DNA of 64,000 nucleotides from Chitinophaga pinensis. GTDB taxonomy: Bacteria > Bacteroidota > Ignavibacteria > Kapaibacteriales > Kapaibacteriaceae. Position numbers and translations under genes: made by a program. Location: the NCBI GenBank assembly GCA_943372295.1, contig CALRYC010000005.1:64310-128309 (forward strand), given 5' to 3'. The notes beneath the pieces were generated by a model. That model saw only the letters and a list, made by a program, of their open reading frames with translations. It was not told the origin of the DNA and ran no database searches. This document shows positions 47,609-56,828 of the stretch, piece by piece (the first letter of the stretch is position 1; every line of letters starts with the position of its first letter).

Positions 47609-49000
47609 TCACATCAATTGAAATTCCGGCATCCGCACGATGGCCTGGATCAGGAACCGCGCACGCTGAACGGCTGAAGGGGCGTTGACGTCCCATTCAT
47701 ATTTCTGCGCGCCGGCAAGCATGATCTCCAGTAGTACATCGTGTTGCTGCTTGGTGATCGGCATCGGAAGCAGCACAGTCGCAACGTTCGTGACGACCTT
47801 CTCGGCATCGTTGGCATCCGGTAGCTGCTTCAAGAAGGCGATCACATCCGGTACGAGTACCGTGCCGGCCTCATCGACAAGCTTGGTAGAGCTACCAATC
47901 TGACGTCCGTCAACAAAGCTTTCGCCAAAACGCTGCCGCTGCGGGAAGGTGGAACTGGTGATCCATGCGTGATGCCCCTTCCATCCCTCAACCGTCGGCG
48001 GATAGAAGGGCTCCTGCGTAAGGCGTGTCATAACCTGTGATACATACTGGCGACTGACCGACGTCGCATTGAGGGCCGAGGCCAGACCAACGACGAGCTC
48101 GAGCGGACTCTTGATCAATGCACCACGCAGATTCGGTGTGAAGAAGTACTCGCTGGATAGAAGAGTCTGCAGCACCGGCCGGATCTTGTATTCACTGCCG
48201 CGCAGGAGCGTCGCCACCGCCTCGATAGCCTCGGTCGAAGGCTCATGTTCAACGTACGTGCGCAGCAGCTTGCGTGCTATGAAACGCGCGCAGGCCGGCT
48301 GCCTGAGCGTGATGTCGATCACGTCTTTCCATTCCCATGTGCCGGTCTGACCCAGAATGGTCTTCTCCCCGAGGTCTGCCAGCTGACGGTTATAGCTGCC
48401 TACTAGCCCTGTAATACGCCAGCCCGTAAATGCCCGGGCTGCCTCAAGGACGTCGGACTCAGTGTAGTTGCCAATGCCAAGAGAAAAAAGTTCGAACCAC
48501 TCACGGGCGAAGTTCTCGTTGGCACGCCCCTTGATGCTCTGATCGCCATTGAGGTAGCGAAGCATGGCTGCGTCTCCGACGATCCGTCGCGATATCTCAG
48601 AATAATCGTAAGCATTCGTGCGCAGCATCTGATGCTGGGCCACCATCCAGTGTGACACGTACACATTCAAATAGTCACTCGTGAACGTACTGTGCCAGAG
48701 CATGACCAGTCGCTCGCGAGGTGAGGTGACCGTCAGCACACGATCAAGCCACCAGTTCTGCATCTCGATAAACAGGCGATACGCTTCGTTAAAGTCGGTA
48801 ATGTTTGGGGTCTGCAACGCCCACATTGGCGATGGGAAAGGGGCTTCCGGAGCATCCAGCAGAGCCGCGACGGCCTCCGATGGACGCTTCCCAATAACGC
48901 TTGCAGCAAGCGCATACGTCGGCTGAAGCGTCATGCGGCGCATGAGGTGAAAGGCCTCGTCGAGCGTTAGCGGACTGGTTCGTTCGCGCAGATCGGCCAT
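47609..49000 (-). CDS. DUF1800 family protein
   Basis: 463 aa. LVMLWHSTFTS, DAAMLRYLNGDQSIKGRANENFAREWFELFSLGIGNYTESDVLEAARAFTGW match the DUF1800 signature as recalled. No obvious N-terminal signal peptide. Confidence 0.8.
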   Translation of the reverse strand: MADLRERTSPLTLDEAFHLMRRMTLQPTYALAASVIGKRPSEAVAALLDAPEAPFPSPMWALQTPNITDFNEAYRLFIEMQNWWLDRVLTVTSPRERLVMLWHSTFTSDYLNVYVSHWMVAQHQMLRTNAYDYSEISRRIVGDAAMLRYLNGDQSIKGRANENFAREWFELFSLGIGNYTESDVLEAARAFTGWRITGLVGSYNRQLADLGEKTILGQTGTWEWKDVIDITLRQPACARFIARKLLRTYVEHEPSTEAIEAVATLLRGSEYKIRPVLQTLLSSEYFFTPNLRGALIKSPLELVVGLASALNATSVSRQYVSQVMTRLTQEPFYPPTVEGWKGHHAWITSSTFPQRQRFGESFVDGRQIGSSTKLVDEAGTVLVPDVIAFLKQLPDANDAEKVVTNVATVLLPMPITKQQHDVLLEIMLAGAQKYEWDVNAPSAVQRARFLIQAIVRMPEFQLM

Positions 49001-49082
49001 AAAAATCTCCCGTCAATGATGACGACAAAGCAGTTGCAATCCATAATACGGAATCAGCAATGTATCCAGAATCCAACCTATG

Positions 49083-49090
49083 TACTTTTG
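49083..49090 (+). promoter_or_regulatory. Candidate -7 box (TActTTTG) upstream of the yfhO-like gene
   Basis: TACTTTTG lies 30 nt upstream of ATG 49121. No clean TTTG at the -33 position, so confidence is low. Confidence 0.3.
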
Positions 49091-49120
49091 TTACTGCCAA
49101 ACTTTTCCTCTGGAGCTTCC

Positions 49121-51652
49121 ATGGCTGAATCTCGCGCACCGAAGCGCACACAATCACAGGCGCAGACGGCTGTCCAGAAGTATGCCCCCTACCTGGCATA
49201 CGGTTCTATCCTGGTCGTGGTCGTTGCCTTTTTTGCCGACGCGTTGTTTGGCGGCAAGAACTTCATGAGTGGAGGCGACAACGTTGCCTTCTATTCGTTT
49301 GTGCCGTACCTCGAGGCAGCGAAGCAGACGGGCGAGTTTCCGCTCTGGATGCCCTACATTTTCAGTGGCATGCCTTCGCTGGCATCCTTCCTGGCCGCCG
49401 GAGATCGCACGTGGGATGTCGTCGGACAGGTTTTGTTTGCCTTGCCGCGAGCAATGGGAGATGCAACGGACAACGACACCACGCGACTGGTGCTGTGGTA
49501 TGTGATATATGCATGGGGCGTGTATACTCTTTGCCGTGTGAAGGGGCTTGACAGGGCCATTGGTGTGTTCTCAGCCATCGGCGCCGTGCTCAGTACGTTC
49601 GTTATTGTGTGGATCATGATCGGTCACAGTACCAAGCCGGTGTCTATGGCCACATTACCATGGATCCTGCTGGCACTCGAGCGTCTTCGCGAACGATTCA
49701 CGCTGGCCAATCTCTTTCTCCTGATCCTTCCGCTGATCGTATTGGTATCGGCCACCCACCCGCAGATGATGTTCTACATCGGCTGCGCCACTGCCTTGTA
49801 TATGCTCGTAGAACTGATCACCCGACTGATAACGCGTACCGGCTGGGTTGACGTGCTCAAGGCAGGGGGCGGACTTGCCATCGCCGGCGTGATCGCTCTT
49901 GGGACACATGCCGATATGTTTCTGGCAACGCGCCAATACACGACAGAGTCGACGCGAGGCTCAGCGCCCTTGGTTCAGTCAGCAAAGAACAACCAGGACC
50001 AGTCGGGTGGAAACGACTACGAGTATGCCACTAACTGGTCGTTCTCGCCGGGCGAGATGTACACATTCATTGTTCCGAACTACTATGGGTTCGGAAACAC
50101 GTCGGTCAAGACCAGTCGTAGCGCCCCGCCTCAGCGTGCCATGCTTTACTGGGGTCAGATGCCCTTCACCGATGCAGCTAACTATATGGGCATCGCCGTG
50201 CTCGTGCTCGGACTCGTGGGAATCTGGCGGTATAGACGCGATCCGTTCGTGATCTTCTTAACAGTGCTGTCGCTCTTCGCACTGCTGCTGTCGATGGGCA
50301 ATAACTTCCCGGTGCTCTACGACATCTTCTTCAACTACGCACCGGCCTTCAACAAGTTCAGAGCTCCATCCATGGCACTCTGCCTTCTGCAGTTTGCCCT
50401 TCCTGTGCTGGCCGGCTACGGACTGACGGGTGTCATCGGCTGGGCGAAAGACCAGAGCGCTGAAAACCGGCGATCAGGCATGTGGGTCTTCATCGCCACG
50501 GTGGTCGTTGCGGGTGTGGTCTTCCTTGTGGCCATTGATGAACGTGACTACAAGACGGCCGTGGACACTGCATTCATGGCGAAGAATGGCGAGAGTGCCC
50601 CTGCCGAGTATCTCAACATCGTCTACAACGAAATGCATGCCGACTCACTGGCAGCAATGCTCTATCTGCTCGTGATCGGTGGACTTGTTGTACTAACGGC
50701 AAGGGGCGTAGTGAAGCCGACGCTGGCCGTGTTTCTATTCATCGGTATTCTGACGATCGATCTCTGGAGAGTTGACCGACGTCCGTATGACCCCAAAAAG
50801 GGTTCGCCCGAACAGAATGTGTTTGCGTCGACGGATGTTGTGCAGTATCTCAAGACCGACAGATCAATCTATCGAGTATGTGACCTATCGCAATCCGTTC
50901 CTGCCAACTGGTGGGCATATCACTTCATTGAAAGCGTTGGCGGATACTCGTCGGCCAAGATGCGTGTCTATCAGGATATGCTCGACGTGGCTGCTCCTGG
51001 TCCGGGCCGCGAGCCGATTCCCGGTAACAGCATCATCATGAACCCCTTTCTGTGGAATCTTCTTAACGTCAAGTATATCGTCTCCGATCGCCCCCTCTAC
51101 CCAGGCGTCCAGCCAAGCTTCCGATCACAGGAAACCGGAGCTCTGGTGTATGAGAATACCGACGTACTTCCGCGTGCCTGGTTCGTTGATACGGTGCGTA
51201 CCGAGTCTAATCGCAGGAAGCTCTTGGAACTCCTGCGCGACGGCACATTTGATGCACGTCGCACAGCATACGTTGAACAAGCATTTGACGGCATGACGTC
51301 GCTTGGACTGGACAGCAATGCACAGGCAACAGTCAAAGAGCGCACCAATCACCGCTTGACGATAAGCACAACGTCGGCGGCCGCCCAGCTCTTGGTCGTC
51401 AGTGAAGTGTTCTACAGCGAGTGGAAGGCCTACCTTGACGGTCAGCCGATTGAGACCGTCAAGACCAACTTCCTTCTGCGCGGTGTTCGTATCCCCGCCG
51501 GCACGCATACTCTTGAGTTTCGATTTGAAAGTTCGACCTTTGAGCAGGGCCGCACCATCAGCATGGCCGCCAATGGTCTGACGATCCTAATCGGACTTGG
51601 CGGACTGCTCATGTGGAGACGTTCGCGCAGCCAACCGAAGGAATCTGCATGA
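49121..51652 (+). CDS. YfhO-family polytopic membrane protein (putative glycosyltransferase-C-like)
   Basis: 843 aa from ATG 49121. Many TM helices in the first ~520 aa, then a large C-terminal extracytoplasmic domain and a final TM (LTILIGLGGLLMW). The architecture and N-terminal GGDNVAFYSF...PYIFSGMPS resemble YfhO proteins. Confidence 0.75.
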   Translation: MAESRAPKRTQSQAQTAVQKYAPYLAYGSILVVVVAFFADALFGGKNFMSGGDNVAFYSFVPYLEAAKQTGEFPLWMPYIFSGMPSLASFLAAGDRTWDVVGQVLFALPRAMGDATDNDTTRLVLWYVIYAWGVYTLCRVKGLDRAIGVFSAIGAVLSTFVIVWIMIGHSTKPVSMATLPWILLALERLRERFTLANLFLLILPLIVLVSATHPQMMFYIGCATALYMLVELITRLITRTGWVDVLKAGGGLAIAGVIALGTHADMFLATRQYTTESTRGSAPLVQSAKNNQDQSGGNDYEYATNWSFSPGEMYTFIVPNYYGFGNTSVKTSRSAPPQRAMLYWGQMPFTDAANYMGIAVLVLGLVGIWRYRRDPFVIFLTVLSLFALLLSMGNNFPVLYDIFFNYAPAFNKFRAPSMALCLLQFALPVLAGYGLTGVIGWAKDQSAENRRSGMWVFIATVVVAGVVFLVAIDERDYKTAVDTAFMAKNGESAPAEYLNIVYNEMHADSLAAMLYLLVIGGLVVLTARGVVKPTLAVFLFIGILTIDLWRVDRRPYDPKKGSPEQNVFASTDVVQYLKTDRSIYRVCDLSQSVPANWWAYHFIESVGGYSSAKMRVYQDMLDVAAPGPGREPIPGNSIIMNPFLWNLLNVKYIVSDRPLYPGVQPSFRSQETGALVYENTDVLPRAWFVDTVRTESNRRKLLELLRDGTFDARRTAYVEQAFDGMTSLGLDSNAQATVKERTNHRLTISTTSAAAQLLVVSEVFYSEWKAYLDGQPIETVKTNFLLRGVRIPAGTHTLEFRFESSTFEQGRTISMAANGLTILIGLGGLLMWRRSRSQPKESA

Positions 51653-52248
51653 CCGAAGCATTGCGACAGATCTGTTCCAGCTCGATCAACGCCAACGGTG
51701 CTCTGATTCTCTCTAGCGATCAGCTGGCTTCGATGTCCGAGGAGGATGCTGAAGATGTTCGGGAGGAGTTCGGCATGCATACGCTGCTTCGCCTGCCTGA
51801 GCATGAGATCGCCTTCTACGAATGGCTCCGTACAAGTGATCCCTCGGTGTGGACCGATCTGTGGGGCGACGCAGCAGAAGCCCCCTATCAGGTCTCGCTG
51901 GCCTACCTCAAAGACTTTGTCGGAGCTCCCGGTAAGGGGGCTTTTCTGATCTGTGATCTGCAGACGCAGGACAATTACTTCTTCACACCGGACATGCTTC
52001 TGGAGAAGGAATCGACGGAGTTCGTAAACGCCGTCCGCGATCGCTTCATCGGTGGTGGCACGCTCACAGTGGAGCAAGCTCTGACGGTGGAGATCTCCGC
52101 CGGTCCGGTTGATGTATGGCACTTCGCTTACATGCGTGGTGTCGACCTGCTTCGGGCAAAGCGGGCGATAACGTCGCTGGTCGACGATCGCATCATCGTT
52201 CATGTTCGCTCTGCCGAGCATTTGTCGACCTACTTTGACGTGAGCTAA
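51649..52248 (+). CDS. Hypothetical cytoplasmic acidic protein, no family recognised
   Basis: 199 aa (MTEALRQICSSS...HLSTYFDVS). The ATG overlaps the yfhO stop (ATGA). Ends 5 nt before lysC. Realistic composition, unlike the Arg-rich 362-aa antisense ORF. Confidence 0.6.
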   Translation: MTEALRQICSSSINANGALILSSDQLASMSEEDAEDVREEFGMHTLLRLPEHEIAFYEWLRTSDPSVWTDLWGDAAEAPYQVSLAYLKDFVGAPGKGAFLICDLQTQDNYFFTPDMLLEKESTEFVNAVRDRFIGGGTLTVEQALTVEISAGPVDVWHFAYMRGVDLLRAKRAITSLVDDRIIVHVRSAEHLSTYFDVS

Positions 52249-52253
52249 GCCGG

Positions 52254-53573
52254 ATGATCGTTGCAAAGTTCGGTGGCACATCGGTAGTTGATGCGGCAGC
52301 GCTGCGTCAGGTAGACAACGTCGTGAGTTCAATGGTGGATGAACCCGGCGGCGTAATTGTGGTGCTTTCGGCAACTGCCGGTACAACATCAAAACTGCTC
52401 GACATTGCGCGTAGAGCTGGCACGGGTGAGCCGTTCGAGACGGACCTGTCTGAGCTGCTTCAACGTCACGAAGCGATCGCCTCCGAGTTAACAGGCAATG
52501 CCGCATGTGTGGCCGACCTCGCTTCGGCATGCCGCGAGTTTGCCCACGCCGTAGCTGAGCTCGGAGAGTGGAATGATGCTACACTCGATGCGTTCTGTGC
52601 CTTCGGAGAGCTCCTGAGTACGACGATCTACCATTCTTATAGGCGCTCATGCGGACTGCAAAGCAGATTCATCGATGCCCGAAGACTCATCGCCACTGAT
52701 GACCGGTATCAGAATGCGATTGTCAATGATGAAGCTACACTGTCTCGGTGTCAGGCCGAACTTGTCAGTACTTGTTCAACCGGCTGCGTCATCGTGACCC
52801 AGGGCTTTATTGCGTCCAGCGAAGCAGGCATGACCACGACACTTGGGCGCGGCGGCTCAGATTATTCGGCCGCGATCATCGGTGCCTGCATGGCCGCACG
52901 TCAGATTAGAATCTACACGGATGTCAGCGGTGTTTTTACTTGCGATCCGCGCCTGGTGCCCGACGCCATACCGTTGCGGTCGATCGGATTTGATGAGATG
53001 CGTGACATGGCCTCGTATGGGGCTAAGGTACTCCATCCCGATACACTTCTTCCTGCCGTACGCGCCTCGATCCCGGTGTTCGTTCTCAACACCGTCCGTC
53101 CAGATGACCACGGAACCTGCATCTCCGATCAGGCCATCATGCACACAGAGGCGCGCGGGGTATCCCTGCTACATAACGTGCTGAGTCTGACCGTCCGACG
53201 CGGCGTCGGCATGATGATCGCGCAGAATGAAGTGATCGCATCCAGCGTAGTTCTGACGATCGCAACACAGGACACGATGACCCTCTGGGTGCGCATGAAC
53301 ACAGCCAAGGCAGGGACTGTGTTTGACGCGATCGCGCACTCACACGACGTTCTTTTTGATCCATGCAGCATCGTGGCAGTTACCGGCCAGCACATGACTC
53401 ATCCGAAAACGGTTGAAGTTGTCAGCCGCCACATCGCCGCTATCACCGATACGGCGCGAATCTGCGTTGTCTCGGACACCTGCGTGATCGGGATCGTACA
53501 GCAAGATGACGCACATGCATGTGTGCGCAGCCTTCACGAAATGGTTATTCGTCGACCAGGCCGAGACGGATAG
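52254..53573 (+). CDS. lysC: Aspartate kinase
   Basis: 439 aa. MIVAKFGGTSV, TTLGRGGSDYSAA, YGAKVLHP motifs, C-terminal ACT-like region. Confidence 0.9.
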   Translation: MIVAKFGGTSVVDAAALRQVDNVVSSMVDEPGGVIVVLSATAGTTSKLLDIARRAGTGEPFETDLSELLQRHEAIASELTGNAACVADLASACREFAHAVAELGEWNDATLDAFCAFGELLSTTIYHSYRRSCGLQSRFIDARRLIATDDRYQNAIVNDEATLSRCQAELVSTCSTGCVIVTQGFIASSEAGMTTTLGRGGSDYSAAIIGACMAARQIRIYTDVSGVFTCDPRLVPDAIPLRSIGFDEMRDMASYGAKVLHPDTLLPAVRASIPVFVLNTVRPDDHGTCISDQAIMHTEARGVSLLHNVLSLTVRRGVGMMIAQNEVIASSVVLTIATQDTMTLWVRMNTAKAGTVFDAIAHSHDVLFDPCSIVAVTGQHMTHPKTVEVVSRHIAAITDTARICVVSDTCVIGIVQQDDAHACVRSLHEMVIRRPGRDG

Positions 53574-54177
53574 CCTCGCGAACAGCTCCGATGTGACGAA
53601 GGAAGAGAACGAACGATACGCCTGTGACCGCAATGCGGAACTCCGTCACGTCGGGACAATCCACAAACATCGTCGCCCGCAGAGTGCTATTGGGCAAACT
53701 CCAAGCCAGAACCGCCGTAGCGATGATGCCGGACATAGAAGCTATATGTACCTGACGACGGATCACGTAGTTGCCGGTCAGGTAGCCGAGTATCCAGAAT
53801 ACGAGTGGCAGCGGATTCATCGCCGTAAGGCATCCCGTTGCCGTCGCAAGCCCCCTGCCTCCATCGAAACCCAGGAAAATGGAGTAATTGTGTCCAAGAA
53901 CTACACCAACCGCAGCCCAGGCCGTGGCTGCGAAGTACGGGCCATGAAACTGCTGTGCAAGAAGAACGACGATCGCTCCCTTGGCCATATCTGCGAGCAT
54001 TACGCCGATACCGGCGGCCTTACTCTGACTCACGTCATACAGATTACGGGCACCAACGTTACCCGTTCCCTCCGTTCGAATGTCCGTACCGGCAGTCAGG
54101 CGACGTACTATCCACGCGGTTGGAATAGAGCCGATGACGTATGCCACGGCGGCAATTGCGATTAACCCCAGATTCAT
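53545..54177 (-). CDS. plsY: Glycerol-3-phosphate acyltransferase PlsY
   Basis: 210 aa. YVIGSIPTAWIV, GTGNVGARN, GHNYSIFLGFDGGRGLAT. Its 3' end overlaps the lysC 3' end by 29 nt (convergent). Confidence 0.9.
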   Translation of the reverse strand: MNLGLIAIAAVAYVIGSIPTAWIVRRLTAGTDIRTEGTGNVGARNLYDVSQSKAAGIGVMLADMAKGAIVVLLAQQFHGPYFAATAWAAVGVVLGHNYSIFLGFDGGRGLATATGCLTAMNPLPLVFWILGYLTGNYVIRRQVHIASMSGIIATAVLAWSLPNSTLRATMFVDCPDVTEFRIAVTGVSFVLFLRHIGAVREAIRLGLVDE

Positions 54178-55052
54178 GCTCTCCCCTTGAGAATGCGAAG
54201 TTGAATGAGTGAAATGGCCATCAGGATCAAGAAGATAAGGTACGCGACGGCACTGGCATACCCCATCGAGTCGGATTGTTCAAATGCCTGGTGATACACC
54301 TCGTAGACAAGAGTCGAGGTCGCTCCGAGAGGTCCACCCTTGGTCATGATGTACACCTCCACGAAGATCTGAAAGCTTTTGATGCTGTTGACAACAATAA
54401 CGAACAGTAATGTTGGACGCAGCATCGGTAACGTTATCCGACGAAACTGCTGCCACCGTGATGCGCCAACCAGTTCGGCTGATTCGTAAATGTCGGCCGG
54501 AATAGACTCCATCCCTGCTAGAAACAGAACCATGTAGTAACCGGCAGAGATCCACACGTCCATTGCCATGATCGCCGGCAGAGCCGTACCCGGATGAAGA
54601 AGCCAGCCATCGACAGGATATCCGACGCCCATCATGGAACAGATGACGTTGACGTATCCATCGCGGGCGTAGAGGTTCGTGAAGACCAGCGCGATCACCA
54701 CCAATGAGGTGACCGACGGAAGGAAGAATGCTGCCCGAAAGAATGAGGCAAGCCGAGGAGTGCTCTGTCGCACCGCCACAGCCAGCGCAATGGCAAGCGC
54801 TGTTGTGACTGGAACTGTCCCGAAGGTGAAGGTCGCGGTATTCAGCAGAGCATTCCAGAAATCCTTGTCCTCGAATGCCTGTCGGTAGTTCTCCAATCCG
54901 ATGAAGGTCATCCTGTTGGTCAGCGTTTCGTAGTCACTCAGGCTTAGTAGCAGCGCGTACGCCAGCGGATAAAGCCAGAAGATGGCAAACGTCGCCAGCC
55001 ACGGGGCGAGAAGCGTCCACGTGTAGACCGTCTGCTTACGCACCGTGCGCAT
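54174..55052 (-). CDS. Carbohydrate (CUT1-type) ABC transporter permease, no partner genes nearby
   Basis: 292 aa from ATG 55052 (MRTVRKQTVYTWTLLAPWLATFAIFWLYPL...). EAA-loop ESAELVGASRWQQFRRITLPMLRP. The track start at 55226 overlaps maf extensively. Confidence 0.85.
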   Translation of the reverse strand: MRTVRKQTVYTWTLLAPWLATFAIFWLYPLAYALLLSLSDYETLTNRMTFIGLENYRQAFEDKDFWNALLNTATFTFGTVPVTTALAIALAVAVRQSTPRLASFFRAAFFLPSVTSLVVIALVFTNLYARDGYVNVICSMMGVGYPVDGWLLHPGTALPAIMAMDVWISAGYYMVLFLAGMESIPADIYESAELVGASRWQQFRRITLPMLRPTLLFVIVVNSIKSFQIFVEVYIMTKGGPLGATSTLVYEVYHQAFEQSDSMGYASAVAYLIFLILMAISLIQLRILKGRA

Positions 55053-55659
55053 CCTCGACAAGCGCGCGCAGCTCGGTGTACAAGAGCTCAAGCGGAAGAC
55101 CGACGATCGTGTAGTAACATCCTTCAACACGCGATACGAAAACGGCACCAAAATCATCCTGGATACCATACGCCCCTGCTTTATCAAGGGGCGACCCTGA
55201 GGCCACATAGGCATTGATCTCCGCATCGGAGAGCTCGCGGAACGTTACATCTGTTGCCCTGGATGCCCCGCGCCGACCTAGCCCTCTTCCTCTTCCGACG
55301 AGGGCAATTCCGGTATGAACGGTATGTGTGCGACCACTGAGACGCCTGAGCATTTCGGCTGCCTCGGCCGCGTCGGCAGGTTTGTTCAGCACCGCATCGT
55401 CAAGAACCACTGTTGTATCGGAACCGATGACGATCACATCCCCATCAACCATTTCGCTGCCACGAACGGCCTTACGCAAGGCAAGCTCTCTGACGTACTC
55501 GTCAGGCGGCAAGGTCGTTGAGACAGCATCCTCGTCGATACTCGGGACGACGCTGCTGAAGCTGAATCCGACATGCCGCATCAGAGACTGGCGCCGAGGA
55601 GACTGGGAAGCGAGGACCAGCGCCACCGGCAGGTGCAGAAGGTCATTCAGGATGATCAT
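55036..55659 (-). CDS. maf: Maf-like nucleoside triphosphate pyrophosphatase
   Basis: 207 aa. LVLASQSPRRQSLM, VIGSDTTVVLD, DKAGAYGIQD. Confidence 0.9.
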   Translation of the reverse strand: MIILNDLLHLPVALVLASQSPRRQSLMRHVGFSFSSVVPSIDEDAVSTTLPPDEYVRELALRKAVRGSEMVDGDVIVIGSDTTVVLDDAVLNKPADAAEAAEMLRRLSGRTHTVHTGIALVGRGRGLGRRGASRATDVTFRELSDAEINAYVASGSPLDKAGAYGIQDDFGAVFVSRVEGCYYTIVGLPLELLYTELRALVEDAHGA

Positions 55660-55707
55660 TGTGCCGCGAACTTACCGACCCACGGTCGATATCCCGAAGG
55701 TTAAATC

Positions 55708-56241
55708 TTACTTATCCAGCGCAGATTCGATCGCCGAGATCACTTCGTTTGAAGACGGATCGACCCGACTGCCAAAGCGAGCTACAAGCGAGCCGTCCTT
55801 GCCGAGGAGAAACTTCTCAAAGTTCCAGTCGATCTCTCCGGCCAACGAAGGGTTTCCACCACCGGACGTAAGGTATTCAAACAGTGGAGCTTTTGCCGAT
55901 CCCTTGACAACGACCTTACTGAACATCGGGAACGTCACGTCGTACTTCGATGTGCAGAAGGTCTTGATCTCCTCGTCGGTGCCAGGCTCTTGTGCACCAA
56001 AGTCATTCGCCGGAAATCCGAGTATGACCAGCCCCTTATCCTTGTACGTCCGGTAGAGCTTTTCCAGAGGGGCATACTGCTTGGCATGACCACAGAATGA
56101 TGCGACATTGACGACGAGGACAACCTTGCCTTTGTAGCCAGAAAGGTCAACCGTCGTCCCGTCGATCGACCGGACCGAGAAGTCGTGCAGAGATGTGGTC
56201 ATGATGGTAAGCAGTGTCAGTGTGAGAATGAATGTGTTCAT
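55708..56241 (-). CDS. gpx: Glutathione peroxidase (Cys-type)
   Basis: 177 aa. VVLVVNVASFCGHAKQY, LGFPANDFGAQEPG, WNFEKFLLGKDG. Hydrophobic N-terminus. Confidence 0.9.
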   Translation of the reverse strand: MNTFILTLTLLTIMTTSLHDFSVRSIDGTTVDLSGYKGKVVLVVNVASFCGHAKQYAPLEKLYRTYKDKGLVILGFPANDFGAQEPGTDEEIKTFCTSKYDVTFPMFSKVVVKGSAKAPLFEYLTSGGGNPSLAGEIDWNFEKFLLGKDGSLVARFGSRVDPSSNEVISAIESALDK

Positions 56242-56828
56242 GAGATGATCCCGTTGTCAGACCCTTTGAAAACAGCAAACACCACCGGAGGATTCCCGCT
56301 TTGATTCACAAACTGCAGCCGTAGGCAGTTGAATCTATCCTGGGCGAGCTCGACTAAGTAGCTTTCCACCGACTCACGTTCGGCCCGTCCCTCGGGATGT
56401 GAGTAGCAGACCACCGTCAGCAGCCCACCGGGCATGAGAAGTTCAAGAGCCTGTTGTATAGCGGCCATCGTTGTGGAGACCTTCGTTGTGAGCTCTTTCT
56501 CTCCACCCGGCAGATAGCCCAGATTAAACGTCACCGCCCTTATCGCCCCTTGATGAGGGGGCTCAATGTGGTCGCGCATTGTCTCGTGTCCGGCCAGCAG
56601 CAGTCGGACATTTCCAACGCCGTTACCAAGCCGCACGCGTGCCACATCAAGTGCAACCTGCTGAATGTCAAATCCATAGACGAGTCCTTCTTCACCGACA
56701 CAGTTAGCAAGGATCTGTGTGTCCCACCCATTGCCGACCGTGGCATCGATCACCACATCTCCAGCGCTCACCTGACTGCGAAGCAGACGGTGCACTGCGG
56801 TAACGGCATTCTCTGAGTATGGCTTCAT
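56238..56828 (-). CDS. mnmM: YtqB/MnmM-family SAM-dependent methyltransferase (putative tRNA nm5s2U34 methyltransferase)
   Basis: 196 aa from ATG 56828. VIDATVGNGWDT, VYGFDIQ, FNLGYLPGG align by eye with B. subtilis YtqB (VVDATCGNGNDT, VYGFDIQ, FNLGYLPKG). Confidence 0.75.
   Translation of the reverse strand: MKPYSENAVTAVHRLLRSQVSAGDVVIDATVGNGWDTQILANCVGEEGLVYGFDIQQVALDVARVRLGNGVGNVRLLLAGHETMRDHIEPPHQGAIRAVTFNLGYLPGGEKELTTKVSTTMAAIQQALELLMPGGLLTVVCYSHPEGRAERESVESYLVELAQDRFNCLRLQFVNQSGNPPVVFAVFKGSDNGIIS

Noticed and set aside
51442-52530. 362-aa ORF on the minus strand
   Set aside because: It is antisense to the yfhO 3' end, the 199-aa ORF and the lysC 5' end. The product is Arg/Pro/Cys/His-rich with no motifs, which is the typical GC-rich shadow-frame pattern, while lysC on the other strand is unambiguous.
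55708-56241. Possible selenocysteine recoding in glutathione peroxidase
   Set aside because: The catalytic position is an ordinary Cys codon (VASFCG) with no in-frame TGA.
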